A stretch of DNA of 64,000 nucleotides from an uncultured Chloroflexia bacterium. GTDB taxonomy: Bacteria > Chloroflexota > Anaerolineae > Anaerolineales > Anaerolineaceae. Under the pieces are notes generated by a model. It was not told the origin of the DNA, did no database searches, and was given only the letters and a program-made list of their open reading frames with translations. Position numbers and translations under genes: made by a program. The stretch is from contig CAVUGP010000004.1 of assembly GCA_963741015.1 (NCBI GenBank), positions 32,025 through 96,024 of the forward strand, in the 5' to 3' direction. This document shows positions 9,502 through 19,751 of the stretch, piece by piece (the stretch's first letter is position 1; every line of letters starts with the position of its first letter).

Positions 9502-10508
9502 TACTCGAACTGCCCTTTCTCCAATTCAACTTCGATCGGTGCAACGATCTCCTGGATCTGATCAACTTTCAGCCACTCGGAGTTGTTGTCGCTGGCGTAA
9601 TGGTAATCATCGGGAAGTGCCTTACCAAGGTCTTCCCATTGGTGACCGAACCAAAGCGCTGCTGCAGGCTGGACCACGTACATATCGTCCAGTTCGACCG
9701 TCGTCCGGGCTTCATCTTCCGAGATCAACACCTCGTGAAGTTTCTCGCCGGGACGGATGCCGATGATCTTGATCGTCGCGCCGGGAGCGATCGCCTTGGC
9801 GAGGTCCACCATCTTCATGCTGGGGATTTTCGGGACAAAGACTTCCCCGCCGTACATCTCCTCAATGCAGCGGATCACAAACCGGACGCCCTGGTCGAGC
9901 GAGATCCAGAAACGGGTCATGCGGTCATCGGTCAGAGTGACCTCACCGGACCCGCGTTGTTTGATGAACAGCGGCACCACACTGCCGCGGGAACCAACCA
10001 CATTGCCGTATCGGACGCAGCTGAAGCGGGTATTCGTGCCGCCGGCGTAAGCATTGCTCTGGATCATCAGTTTCTCTGCAGCCAGTTTGGTCGCGCCATA
10101 GAGGTTGATCGGGTTGACCGCCTTATCGGTGGAAAGTGCCAGCACCTTTTCCACACCTGCATCCAGGGCGGCATCCACCACATTGCTGCTGCCGAGAATA
10201 TTGGTCTTGACCGCTTCCATCGGGTTATATTCGCAGGCCGGTACCTGTTTGAGAGCAGCGGCATGTACCACAATATCCACGCCATGGAAGGCGCGCTTGA
10301 GGCGTGGCAGGTCACGGATGTCACCGATGAAATAACGCAGGTTCGGATGGTTGAATCCGGACATGCGCATTTCATGCTGTTTCAGCTCGTCCCGGCTGTA
10401 GATGATCAGCCTGGCGGGTTGGTATTCATTCAACATCACTTCCACGAATTTCTTTCCAAAGGAACCCGTCCCCCCGGTTACCAGCACATTCTTATTGGTC
10501 CAATCCAT
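9501..10508 (-). CDS. pseB: UDP-N-acetylglucosamine 4,6-dehydratase (inverting), PseB/FlaA1 type
   Basis: Near-collinear with the remembered FlaA1/PseB sequence: VTGGTGSFGKKF, YSRDELKQHEM, FIGDIRD, STDKAVNPINLYGATKL, RYGNVVGSRGSVVP, RMTRFWI, IGIRPGEKLHEV. Confidence 0.85.
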   Translation of the reverse strand: MDWTNKNVLVTGGTGSFGKKFVEVMLNEYQPARLIIYSRDELKQHEMRMSGFNHPNLRYFIGDIRDLPRLKRAFHGVDIVVHAAALKQVPACEYNPMEAVKTNILGSSNVVDAALDAGVEKVLALSTDKAVNPINLYGATKLAAEKLMIQSNAYAGGTNTRFSCVRYGNVVGSRGSVVPLFIKQRGSGEVTLTDDRMTRFWISLDQGVRFVIRCIEEMYGGEVFVPKIPSMKMVDLAKAIAPGATIKIIGIRPGEKLHEVLISEDEARTTVELDDMYVVQPAAALWFGHQWEDLGKALPDDYHYASDNNSEWLKVDQIQEIVAPIEVELEKGQFE

Positions 10509-10534
10509 TATATTTCTCCTGGAATTTTTCAGAA

Positions 10535-11450
10535 TTATACTTCAGCAACCTGGTCTTCATCCCAGGGCTTGGAAATGACCACCAGAGGATACTGGCCGAT
10601 CCTTCCCAGCCAGCGGGGAAAAAGTTCTTCCAGTCCATAGATCATTTTCAACCAGAATCGACCACCCCATTCGGGGTAGATCACCGAACGTAAAAAGGCG
10701 ACATTCACACTGCGCCAGACGAGGATATCGAACGGCATTTTACCTGTAAGGTTTTGGATCAGCCATTCCGCATTCAACTTTTGGACGAACGTGCCTTCCG
10801 GTTTGATTTTTTCCTGGTCGGCTCCAACTTCCATAACCGGTTGAACTTTGACTTGCTTGCTTTCCACCTTTTCCTGTTTCCTCGCTTTTCGCAGCCTCCG
10901 GTCGTGCAGGCGGCGTATGGAATGCATGAATTTACTCATCCGGGCCATCAACGGGGCGTTGGTCCAGCCATTAACGATGGTCATGGTCTTTCCTGGCTGA
11001 AGTGTACGGAAAAGTTCTTGATAAGCCGGCAACTTATCCTCCATCGGTACATGATGGATTGTATGCAGGGAGACAATGCCGTCAAAGACATCCGACTTGA
11101 AGGGCAGATGGGCGATATCCGCAACTACATAACGTCCCTTCTCGCCCAGGCGCTTGCGGGCTTCCTGTAGGGCGACGATGGAAATATCCATACACACCCG
11201 GGCCTGATATCCCATCTGAATAGGTTTCATACTCGGGGTACTGCACCGGGCCCGAACCGGCGTCCAGCAGAAATCCACCGGTAGGCGCAAGATATCGCTT
11301 AATTCGCATATGGCAGCGGTGGATATATTCCTGTGAAACCGGACGCAGATCTTCATATTCCGCATTCTGGTAAATGTCACCATTGACCATCTTCCAGCCA
11401 ACCCGGTCATAAAATTCTCGTACGTTTTTTTTAATATTTTGATCGTTCAT
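10535..11450 (-). pseudogene. class I SAM-dependent methyltransferase split by a frameshift (ORF pieces 11082..11546 and 10535..11410)
   Basis: MNDQNIKKNVREFYD...LLDAGSGPVQYPEYETYSDG continues in the next frame as GYQARVCMDISIVALQEARK...VSLHTIHHV. The junction is at a C3 run (+ strand 11211..11213). Likely start is the ATG at 11450. Confidence 0.65.
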
Positions 11451-11494
11451 TTTGTCATTGTTCCAGTAATTCCAATAATATTTATGGGCGGTGT

Positions 11495-12409
11495 TCACAA
11501 TTTCGTTGCTAGGATCACCCTTCGGGCAAGACAGCCGCCCTGGCACCAGCCGGATTGATGGTCACTGCAATTGTTACATTCCGGGTCAATGAAGTGATCG
11601 CGCCGTGTAAACCAGGCCTGCGCTTGCTCAGCGCCTTGAAAGTTCCGCCAATCCACACCCGGTCCCGCTGAAAAAGCAAAACAGCGCCAGGTCTGCAACC
11701 CGGGGCCGACATCGACTGAAGGGCGACAGATGAACCGCAGGGCAGCGTTCGCCCGGATCAGACGTTCGATATCCGCTTCGCTGAAATGACAGCGCATGAA
11801 TCCGCAGTCAAAATTCAAACGGATCCCCTCGGCAGCCAGCCGGGTCGCCCATTGAACGACGGCCTGTTGTGCAGCCGGCAGCTCGCGATCCGGTAAGTAG
11901 TCATTATCGCCGCTCAAAACGGGTTGGGCAAGCCCTATCCGGATCACCGGTTTCAGGTCATATTCCCGGATCAAGCGTAAGTGGTCTGCCAGGTCAAAAT
12001 CCGGCCGGGTGATCGTATACCCCAGGCCAACCCGTTTCCCCAGGGCAGCTAAATTGTCAAGGATCACGGCTCGCTGCTCATCGGAATAAACCTGCCAGTC
12101 ATTCAGGTTCAACAAAACGGTGTCCGGCAGGTCCGGCGCAGTTTGCCGAAGCGAAGCCCGGGTCCCATTGGTGAATACGGTTACGCTGAAACCGGATGAT
12201 TTGATCAGCCGCATCACCTCAGGGTAACGGGAATGCAGGGTAGGTTCGCCGCCCATCAGCCGCACCTCATCCACGTCCGGGTCCAGCTGGCTCAGGAGTG
12301 TTTCCAGCTCATCCAGAGTCATCTCCTGCCGACTGGCCGCCGCTTTTCGGGCACGTGCGAAGCAGTAGGCGCATTCCAGATTACAATCCAGGGTCAGCAG
12401 GATATTCAT
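11495..12409 (-). CDS. radical SAM enzyme with C-terminal SPASM-type Cys cluster
   Basis: The CNLECAYC (CX3CX2C) motif is at the N-terminus with GGEPTL after it. The C-terminus carries CNNCSDHQSGWCQGGC. Confidence 0.8.
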   Translation of the reverse strand: MNILLTLDCNLECAYCFARARKAAASRQEMTLDELETLLSQLDPDVDEVRLMGGEPTLHSRYPEVMRLIKSSGFSVTVFTNGTRASLRQTAPDLPDTVLLNLNDWQVYSDEQRAVILDNLAALGKRVGLGYTITRPDFDLADHLRLIREYDLKPVIRIGLAQPVLSGDNDYLPDRELPAAQQAVVQWATRLAAEGIRLNFDCGFMRCHFSEADIERLIRANAALRFICRPSVDVGPGLQTWRCFAFSAGPGVDWRNFQGAEQAQAWFTRRDHFIDPECNNCSDHQSGWCQGGCLARRVILATKL

Positions 12410-12456
12410 GCTTCAATCCGTATGCCGGATCCAAAAGTCGCGTTCCGTCCTGATTG

Positions 12457-14040
12457 TTACCAGGTCAGCGGCTTCCCGGTCAGGAACTCAAAAGTCTCAC
12501 CATAGCGGCGGGTACCTTCCGTGCCTAAAACGAACGCCAGAGGTCGCTGGTGGATATCCTCTTTGAGGTCCAGCAAATGCCAGGGGAAAGGCTTGGGAAA
12601 CGCAAAGAAAAACAGGTAGGCATAACGCCAGGAGCGTTCAACCTGTTCTTGCGTCAACCGGGCATTCTCCAGATTGCCTAAAAGTTTTTCCAGAGTTTCC
12701 GTGTAGGCTTCCCAGGTATCCGGGTCATAAGTGAAACCGCGGTCACGATAGTGGGTCTGCCCGGCGACCACGACGGGAATGCCGCGCATCGCCATTTCCA
12801 ATCCCACGGTGGTCGTGTAAACCAGGCCCAGGTCGGTAATATCAGTCACGTCGTAGGTGTTGATCTTCTTTTCCGGTTCGATCAGATGGATGTGGGCTGG
12901 GATCTCACCCAATGCGGCTTTGATCACATCCACCATTGAAGTGCCGTGGGTCAGGATCTCCCCGGGGTGTACCCGGATCACCAGTTGGACATCCTCCCGG
13001 CCGGTAAAATATTTCACCGTTCGTTCGATCCATTCCGCCATTGTCTTGCTGAACACCTGCCGTCCCAGGGTCAGGCTGTCACCGAGTACATTGGTCGCCA
13101 GCAACACGACCGGGCGTTCATCAAGACCCAATTTCTGGCGGACCAATTCTCCGCCTTCGGTGGGCGTGTCCTGCCACTGCCGGGCGAAGTTTTGCCAGGT
13201 CTTGGCATCCTCACGGGCAGAAAATAACTCCTGAAGTTGAGTGAGTTGTTCATCCGTCAGCGGCTCATCCCCGCGGGCTTTCCAGAGCGCATCGGTCTCA
13301 TGCCGCATGATCTCGGCGTCCTGCCCGATCCAGATTCGCTCACGCTGGTCGCCAAACTCAAAGGTCACTGCGGGGATGTTCAGGTATTTCGCCACCCGGT
13401 AGACAATGCCCATCTCCTGGATGGTCCCATTCGGGACGATCACCACATCGGGCCGATGAGCTATCAACCAGGTCCGGGCATTCAGGGCAGCCTCATAGTT
13501 GCGTTCATAGCGAAGTTTGTAAACATCTTCTTCACGGGTGATATCTTCCACCTGAAGCGTGTATTGGGTATCGAAAGTGCTGACTTCTTCCACCGCCCGG
13601 CGAAGCTCTGCTGGTAAATCGCGGGAAAACGGCCGGACATCCAGCAGGGACTGCACCTGCATCAGGGGGCTGACCTCACCCAGCACCTGCCGGGCATAGA
13701 GATTCTGGCGCCTCAGGTCAAATTTCTGGATCGGTTTATCCCAGTTGGCATACGGCAGGAATGAAAGCGTAACTTTATGCCCTTTCCCGGCCAGTGCCAA
13801 TCCCATCAATGTTGAAAATTCGATCCAATAATGGAGCGAGGTGAACAGAAAGACCTGTTTACCCGGCTGAGCGGCCGGGGCAAAAAGTTCTGTTTGCTGG
13901 ATCGCCTCCGGCAGTACAGCCGCCAGGTCGTCCAGGTTGAAATGAGCCTTCCAGGGGCGGTGCCGTTGAACCAGCTGCCAATAGAGTTCAACCGTATAAG
14001 GTAATCGCCCCAAAATGCTCTTCAGGAATCGTTTATTCAT
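12457..14040 (-). CDS. capsule polysaccharide biosynthesis protein, KpsC/KpsS (Capsule_synth)-like glycosyltransferase
   Basis: 527 aa. LVIRVHPGE (HP motif) and GLVYTTTVGLEMAMRGIPVVVAGQTHYRDRGFTYD resemble the conserved KpsS/KpsC C-terminal core (S..GfEAL..G..V...G..fY...GlT.D). Assigned from memory of the family only. Confidence 0.5.
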   Translation of the reverse strand: MNKRFLKSILGRLPYTVELYWQLVQRHRPWKAHFNLDDLAAVLPEAIQQTELFAPAAQPGKQVFLFTSLHYWIEFSTLMGLALAGKGHKVTLSFLPYANWDKPIQKFDLRRQNLYARQVLGEVSPLMQVQSLLDVRPFSRDLPAELRRAVEEVSTFDTQYTLQVEDITREEDVYKLRYERNYEAALNARTWLIAHRPDVVIVPNGTIQEMGIVYRVAKYLNIPAVTFEFGDQRERIWIGQDAEIMRHETDALWKARGDEPLTDEQLTQLQELFSAREDAKTWQNFARQWQDTPTEGGELVRQKLGLDERPVVLLATNVLGDSLTLGRQVFSKTMAEWIERTVKYFTGREDVQLVIRVHPGEILTHGTSMVDVIKAALGEIPAHIHLIEPEKKINTYDVTDITDLGLVYTTTVGLEMAMRGIPVVVAGQTHYRDRGFTYDPDTWEAYTETLEKLLGNLENARLTQEQVERSWRYAYLFFFAFPKPFPWHLLDLKEDIHQRPLAFVLGTEGTRRYGETFEFLTGKPLTW

Positions 14041-14043
14041 TGC

Positions 14044-15333
14044 TTATTTTTCCACAATCTCGATCTTCCAGTCCAGATCCGGCCGGACCGGACCCAAACG
14101 TTTCTCAGGCCAGTGCATGCCTGGTGCGCCGGTGGCATCCACGGTGAAGGTCAGGGCTTTATCGTCCTGGAAATAGCGTTTGATGCGGTAAGTGCTGGCA
14201 TTGACGCCCAATACATACCGCCCTTCGTTCATCAGGTTGGGTGGGATCCGGACCTGACTGAGATATCGTCCCGCAGGCCGGGAGGTGAAGGTCTCGAACA
14301 GCCCGGGATCGTCCGTATCAAATGTCGTGAAGACATAATCTCCCCGAGTGGTCATCACATAGAATCCCACCCGCAATCCGCTGATGGCCTCGGTCAGATG
14401 GTATTCCAGCTCAATCGAGAAACCCTCCGCGGCATTGACGGTATCCACTACGGTGCCCTGCGCATTTCGCACTCGTAACGCCTCCGGGCGGAACGCAGGG
14501 TCTTCTCCGGCAAGTTCGTCCTCCGTCCAAATGCGCTCACCTTGTTTGGTCAGGCCCATGTTCAAGTAAGCATCCACCGCTTCCGGGGTTGGCGCTCGCA
14601 TCACGACCTGCCCCTCGTTCAATACAATGGTTTCCTGGGTCAGGCGCAGGATGGCCGACATGTTATGGCTGACAAAGAGCACCGTCCGACCTTCCTGGGC
14701 GACATCGCTCATCTTGCCCAGGCATTTGCGCTGGAATTCGGCATCTCCTACTGCCAGCACTTCATCCACTACCAGGATTTCCGGCTCAAGGTGCGCGGCG
14801 ACCGCAAAGGCCAGCCGCAGATACATCCCGCTGGAATAACGTTTAACCGGAGTGTCGATGAACTTGCCGACCTCGGAAAAATCGACGATCTCGTCAAATT
14901 TACGGTCGATTTCCTCCCGGTGCATCCCCAGGATGGCGCCGTTGAGATAAATATTCTCGCGGCCCGACAGTTCAGGATGGAAGCCGGTGCCGACCTCGAG
15001 CAGGGAACCTACCCGACCATGGATCTCCCCAAACCCCTCGGTAGGATCCGTCACCCGGGAAAGGATCTTCAATAAAGTGCTTTTCCCGGCGCCGTTCCGG
15101 CCGACAATCCCCAATATCTGCCCACGCTGAACCTCAAAGGAGACATCCCTGAGCGCCCAAATGTGGTTTGGATCGCTGTAGCGACCATTGGACCCGCGCT
15201 GGAACATCTGTCCCACCCGGCGGACGCCACTCATCAACAAGTCGCGCAGTGTGTCCGGTCGTTCCTGGGCCAGCCCGATCCGGTAACGTTTGGAGAGGTT
15301 TTCAACTCGAATTGCGAAATCTGACATAAACAC
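14044..15333 (-). CDS. polysaccharide/teichoic-acid ABC exporter ATP-binding protein (Wzt/TagH/KpsT type) with C-terminal extension
   Basis: Walker A GRNGAGKST, signature YSSGMYLRLAF, Walker B ILVVDEVL. About 170 extra C-terminal residues are beta-rich, consistent with a Wzt-type glycan-binding domain. Confidence 0.85.
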   Translation of the reverse strand: MFMSDFAIRVENLSKRYRIGLAQERPDTLRDLLMSGVRRVGQMFQRGSNGRYSDPNHIWALRDVSFEVQRGQILGIVGRNGAGKSTLLKILSRVTDPTEGFGEIHGRVGSLLEVGTGFHPELSGRENIYLNGAILGMHREEIDRKFDEIVDFSEVGKFIDTPVKRYSSGMYLRLAFAVAAHLEPEILVVDEVLAVGDAEFQRKCLGKMSDVAQEGRTVLFVSHNMSAILRLTQETIVLNEGQVVMRAPTPEAVDAYLNMGLTKQGERIWTEDELAGEDPAFRPEALRVRNAQGTVVDTVNAAEGFSIELEYHLTEAISGLRVGFYVMTTRGDYVFTTFDTDDPGLFETFTSRPAGRYLSQVRIPPNLMNEGRYVLGVNASTYRIKRYFQDDKALTFTVDATGAPGMHWPEKRLGPVRPDLDWKIEIVEK

Positions 15334-16194
15334 CTAGACAATATCGGCGAAGGTTTTTTCCATCCGCCGAAAATAAAACAATCCACTCACCAGCAGGATA
15401 AACACCATGACCACCGAGATCACCATGGTAATGTCCGGCGGCGCGCCGCCCAACAGCGCCCAGCGGAACCCCTGGATCACACCGACCATCGGGTTCAAAC
15501 CGTAAAGCCAGCGCCAGATACCTGCCGGAATGGTTTCAATGGGATAAACAATTGGCGAAGCGTACATCCAAACCTGCGCGAGAAAAGGCACCATTTGCTG
15601 GATATCGCGATATTGGACGTTCAGCGCAGAAAGCCAAAGTCCAACCGCCAGTGCAGTGAGCAGCGCTAAAACGACCAGCAACGGCAGCCATAGGATGTTC
15701 CAGCCGGGCCAGTAGTGATAATAGATCATCACACCGATCAGCACCACGAACGAGATCAGGAAATCCACAAGCGCAGCAAAGACCGAGGACAGCGGGATTG
15801 CCAGACGGGGAAAGTAGATCTTGGTGATCAGGTTGGCGTTCCCCACCAGGCTGACACTGGAACGCTGCAAAGCTGTGGCGAATAGCTGCCAGGGCAGCAG
15901 CGCGGTCAATGAAAAGAGCGGATAGGGAATCCCCTCGGAAGGTGTTCTCAGCAAGGTGCCAAAGATCACCGTGAAGATTACCATGGTCAGAAGCGGCTGC
16001 AGGATCGCCCAGCCGATCCCCAGGACAGCCTGTTTATAGCGCACTTTGATATCTCGCCAGGTCAGGAAATAAACCAATTCCCGGTAGCGCCAAAGTTCAT
16101 TAAAATCGATCGACAACCAGCCTTTGGAAGGCCGCAGGTAGGTGACAGGCATTTCTTTGGCTGGCAGGTGGTTCTGTTCCATCAACTCGGTCAC
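15334..16194 (-). CDS. ABC-2 type polysaccharide exporter permease (Wzm/TagG/KpsM type)
   Basis: 286 aa and polytopic. WRYRELVYFLTWRDIKVRYKQAVLGIGWAILQP is the typical ABC-2 N-terminal motif. Abuts the ATPase gene. Confidence 0.85.
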   Translation of the reverse strand: MTELMEQNHLPAKEMPVTYLRPSKGWLSIDFNELWRYRELVYFLTWRDIKVRYKQAVLGIGWAILQPLLTMVIFTVIFGTLLRTPSEGIPYPLFSLTALLPWQLFATALQRSSVSLVGNANLITKIYFPRLAIPLSSVFAALVDFLISFVVLIGVMIYYHYWPGWNILWLPLLVVLALLTALAVGLWLSALNVQYRDIQQMVPFLAQVWMYASPIVYPIETIPAGIWRWLYGLNPMVGVIQGFRWALLGGAPPDITMVISVVMVFILLVSGLFYFRRMEKTFADIV

Positions 16195-17645
<1,451 letters not shown>

Positions 17646-17735
17646 AATTTCAATGATTGAATTATAACTTCTAATAATATTACGTCAAGGACATAAAATC
17701 CAACGACTTCAAATCAATAAGCTGAATAATGCCCT

Positions 17736-19736
17736 TTATTCATTAGGAAGCAAAACAACCATACCGCTGTCGGTAAGGTCAAGAGCAATATGGTAATACG
17801 CTGCAAGCGGTTCATCAACCTGCTCCACCCAGGCATTATTCTCCTCGGCGAATGGATGGTTTGGAGTATAAATGGTAAAACTCATCGGTTCCATAACGAT
17901 CAGGGCAAACCTGTGATTCCTGAGGTCTTCGCGGAATTGATCCAGATAAGCTTCATTGCCCGACATCGCCATTTCCATTAAGAACACTTTTTCATATTCA
18001 TGTATCAGCTGCACATTTTCAATCATGCCAAATGAAAGAAGATGACGGTCCTGAATGAATAGGACCCCTTCCCCATCCGGAGCAACATCATCGATGAATA
18101 GCTGAAGACTTTCAATATCTTCCCAGGCTCGTTCGTTGTCTCGCACTGGAATGACGTTAATTGACTCGATCAGAGAGATCAGAGGAACTAAAAAGGCAAA
18201 TAAAAAGAAAACCATAAGCATTCTTGGGGAAGAAGTCACTTCCAAGCGATCGGGCGCGAACCTATTAAATGCTACATATACGGAAACCAATACCAGAGCG
18301 ATGAGGAAGGAATCAAGGTTGTGCAAATTGTTCCCTCCCCCGATCTTGGTGCTGACAACAAGACCCGCGATTAGTAAGGCGCTCAAGATGCTGAACAAGG
18401 CGAGGATTCGAAGAAAATTCCAATTACGAAAGCGTTTCAATAGAATCCAGAAGACAATCAGTAATAGGGGAAAAGATGCAGCCAGCATCAGGCGGATGAC
18501 ACCCGGGCCGAAAGCCATGTTCGGAAATAATCGGTACCGAAGCAGGGGGGAATCAAAACTCGTCACAAACGCCTGGGGTGGGTTGCCACTGACTAACCCA
18601 TAAAGAGCCTGTCCCACGAAGGCAAATACAAGGCCCAGGAAGACCGCCAATAAGGGCCAACGCCAATATTGCCAGAACCGTTTCCCATCGATTGGAATTT
18701 CCAAAATATACAACGTTGCGGCTATCATTCCCGCCACGGGGAACCAATTCACCCGGCTTGCCCCAGCCCATAAAGATGCCAGGCCAACAAAGAACAACGA
18801 ACGCCACAGCCGGTTCTTATTAAAACCAAGAAAGACGATCGTCACCACAACGATCAGATGGAAATACATCGGCCCCTGAAAAGAAAAGATCATGAACCAT
18901 GCAGCGAGGCCGAAATCGAATACCCGGTCTTTAAAATTCATCCGCCTTGCCAACGCATATCCGGTTAGAAATGAGGACCCAATCCATAGCAGAACCCGCC
19001 AAAGTCGATGTACCCAGATCGGCAAAGCAGGAAAAAGGAAAGGGAAAGATTGCATAAATGCGCGGGTCGGGTCAAGCGCCGGTAAAGGGAAACGTTTTCC
19101 ATATATTGAACGAGATAAAAACAGGGAGGCATCGTAAAATCGGCTGGATTCTGACCAGTCCAAAGACAGTGGATAAGTACTGATTTCCGGTAAATAATAC
19201 ATAATGGATAAGGCCAGTGCAAAACCGGAAAAGCTTATCACAAGGGCATTGATGGGATTGAATTGTTTTAATTGACTCAAAAAGATCGCCAATATCACAG
19301 CCAGGTTGCCAACGACCCATAATTCAGGGAAGAGCCACAGGACCGGTATTTTTATTCCCAATATCCAGGTCACACAATACGAAATGCCAAGAAGGCTGAG
19401 TAAAACCAAGCCATAATATCGAATGGTGTACAGCTTATTTTTAATTAGCAAAAGGAAATTTAATAACTTTTCGCGTCTTTCAGAATATAAAAGAATGAAA
19501 CATACTATCAGCGCAATAGTGGTTATAAAAGGAGGGATTAGGGCCAGAAGCAATCCACCGGTATAGCCATTGAATGAACCCGCTTCATTGAGACGATTCA
19601 ACAAAATGATAATGGACGGTACATCAATAAGAATTAATGCTCCAAAATAAATTTGCAAATTTTGGATTCTTCTTCCATTATTTCCGATATTCGGTGTAGC
19701 GTCTAATTTCATTGGACCATTACCATTCTGCTGCAC
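17736..19736 (-). CDS. large polytopic integral membrane protein (possible GT-C-type glycosyltransferase/polymerase)
   Basis: 666-aa ORF, hydrophobic helices over most of its length, and a soluble C-terminal domain of about 150 aa. No confident family motif. Confidence 0.5.
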   Translation of the reverse strand: MQQNGNGPMKLDATPNIGNNGRRIQNLQIYFGALILIDVPSIIILLNRLNEAGSFNGYTGGLLLALIPPFITTIALIVCFILLYSERREKLLNFLLLIKNKLYTIRYYGLVLLSLLGISYCVTWILGIKIPVLWLFPELWVVGNLAVILAIFLSQLKQFNPINALVISFSGFALALSIMYYLPEISTYPLSLDWSESSRFYDASLFLSRSIYGKRFPLPALDPTRAFMQSFPFLFPALPIWVHRLWRVLLWIGSSFLTGYALARRMNFKDRVFDFGLAAWFMIFSFQGPMYFHLIVVVTIVFLGFNKNRLWRSLFFVGLASLWAGASRVNWFPVAGMIAATLYILEIPIDGKRFWQYWRWPLLAVFLGLVFAFVGQALYGLVSGNPPQAFVTSFDSPLLRYRLFPNMAFGPGVIRLMLAASFPLLLIVFWILLKRFRNWNFLRILALFSILSALLIAGLVVSTKIGGGNNLHNLDSFLIALVLVSVYVAFNRFAPDRLEVTSSPRMLMVFFLFAFLVPLISLIESINVIPVRDNERAWEDIESLQLFIDDVAPDGEGVLFIQDRHLLSFGMIENVQLIHEYEKVFLMEMAMSGNEAYLDQFREDLRNHRFALIVMEPMSFTIYTPNHPFAEENNAWVEQVDEPLAAYYHIALDLTDSGMVVLLPNE

Positions 19737-19751
19737 AAGATGGATGTATCC

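Noticed and set aside
11495-12409. RiPP biosynthetic cluster centred on the radical SAM/SPASM enzyme.
   Set aside because: There is no short precursor ORF, protease, or RiPP-recognition or transport genes nearby. Both flanks are tightly packed sugar-pathway genes on the same strand.
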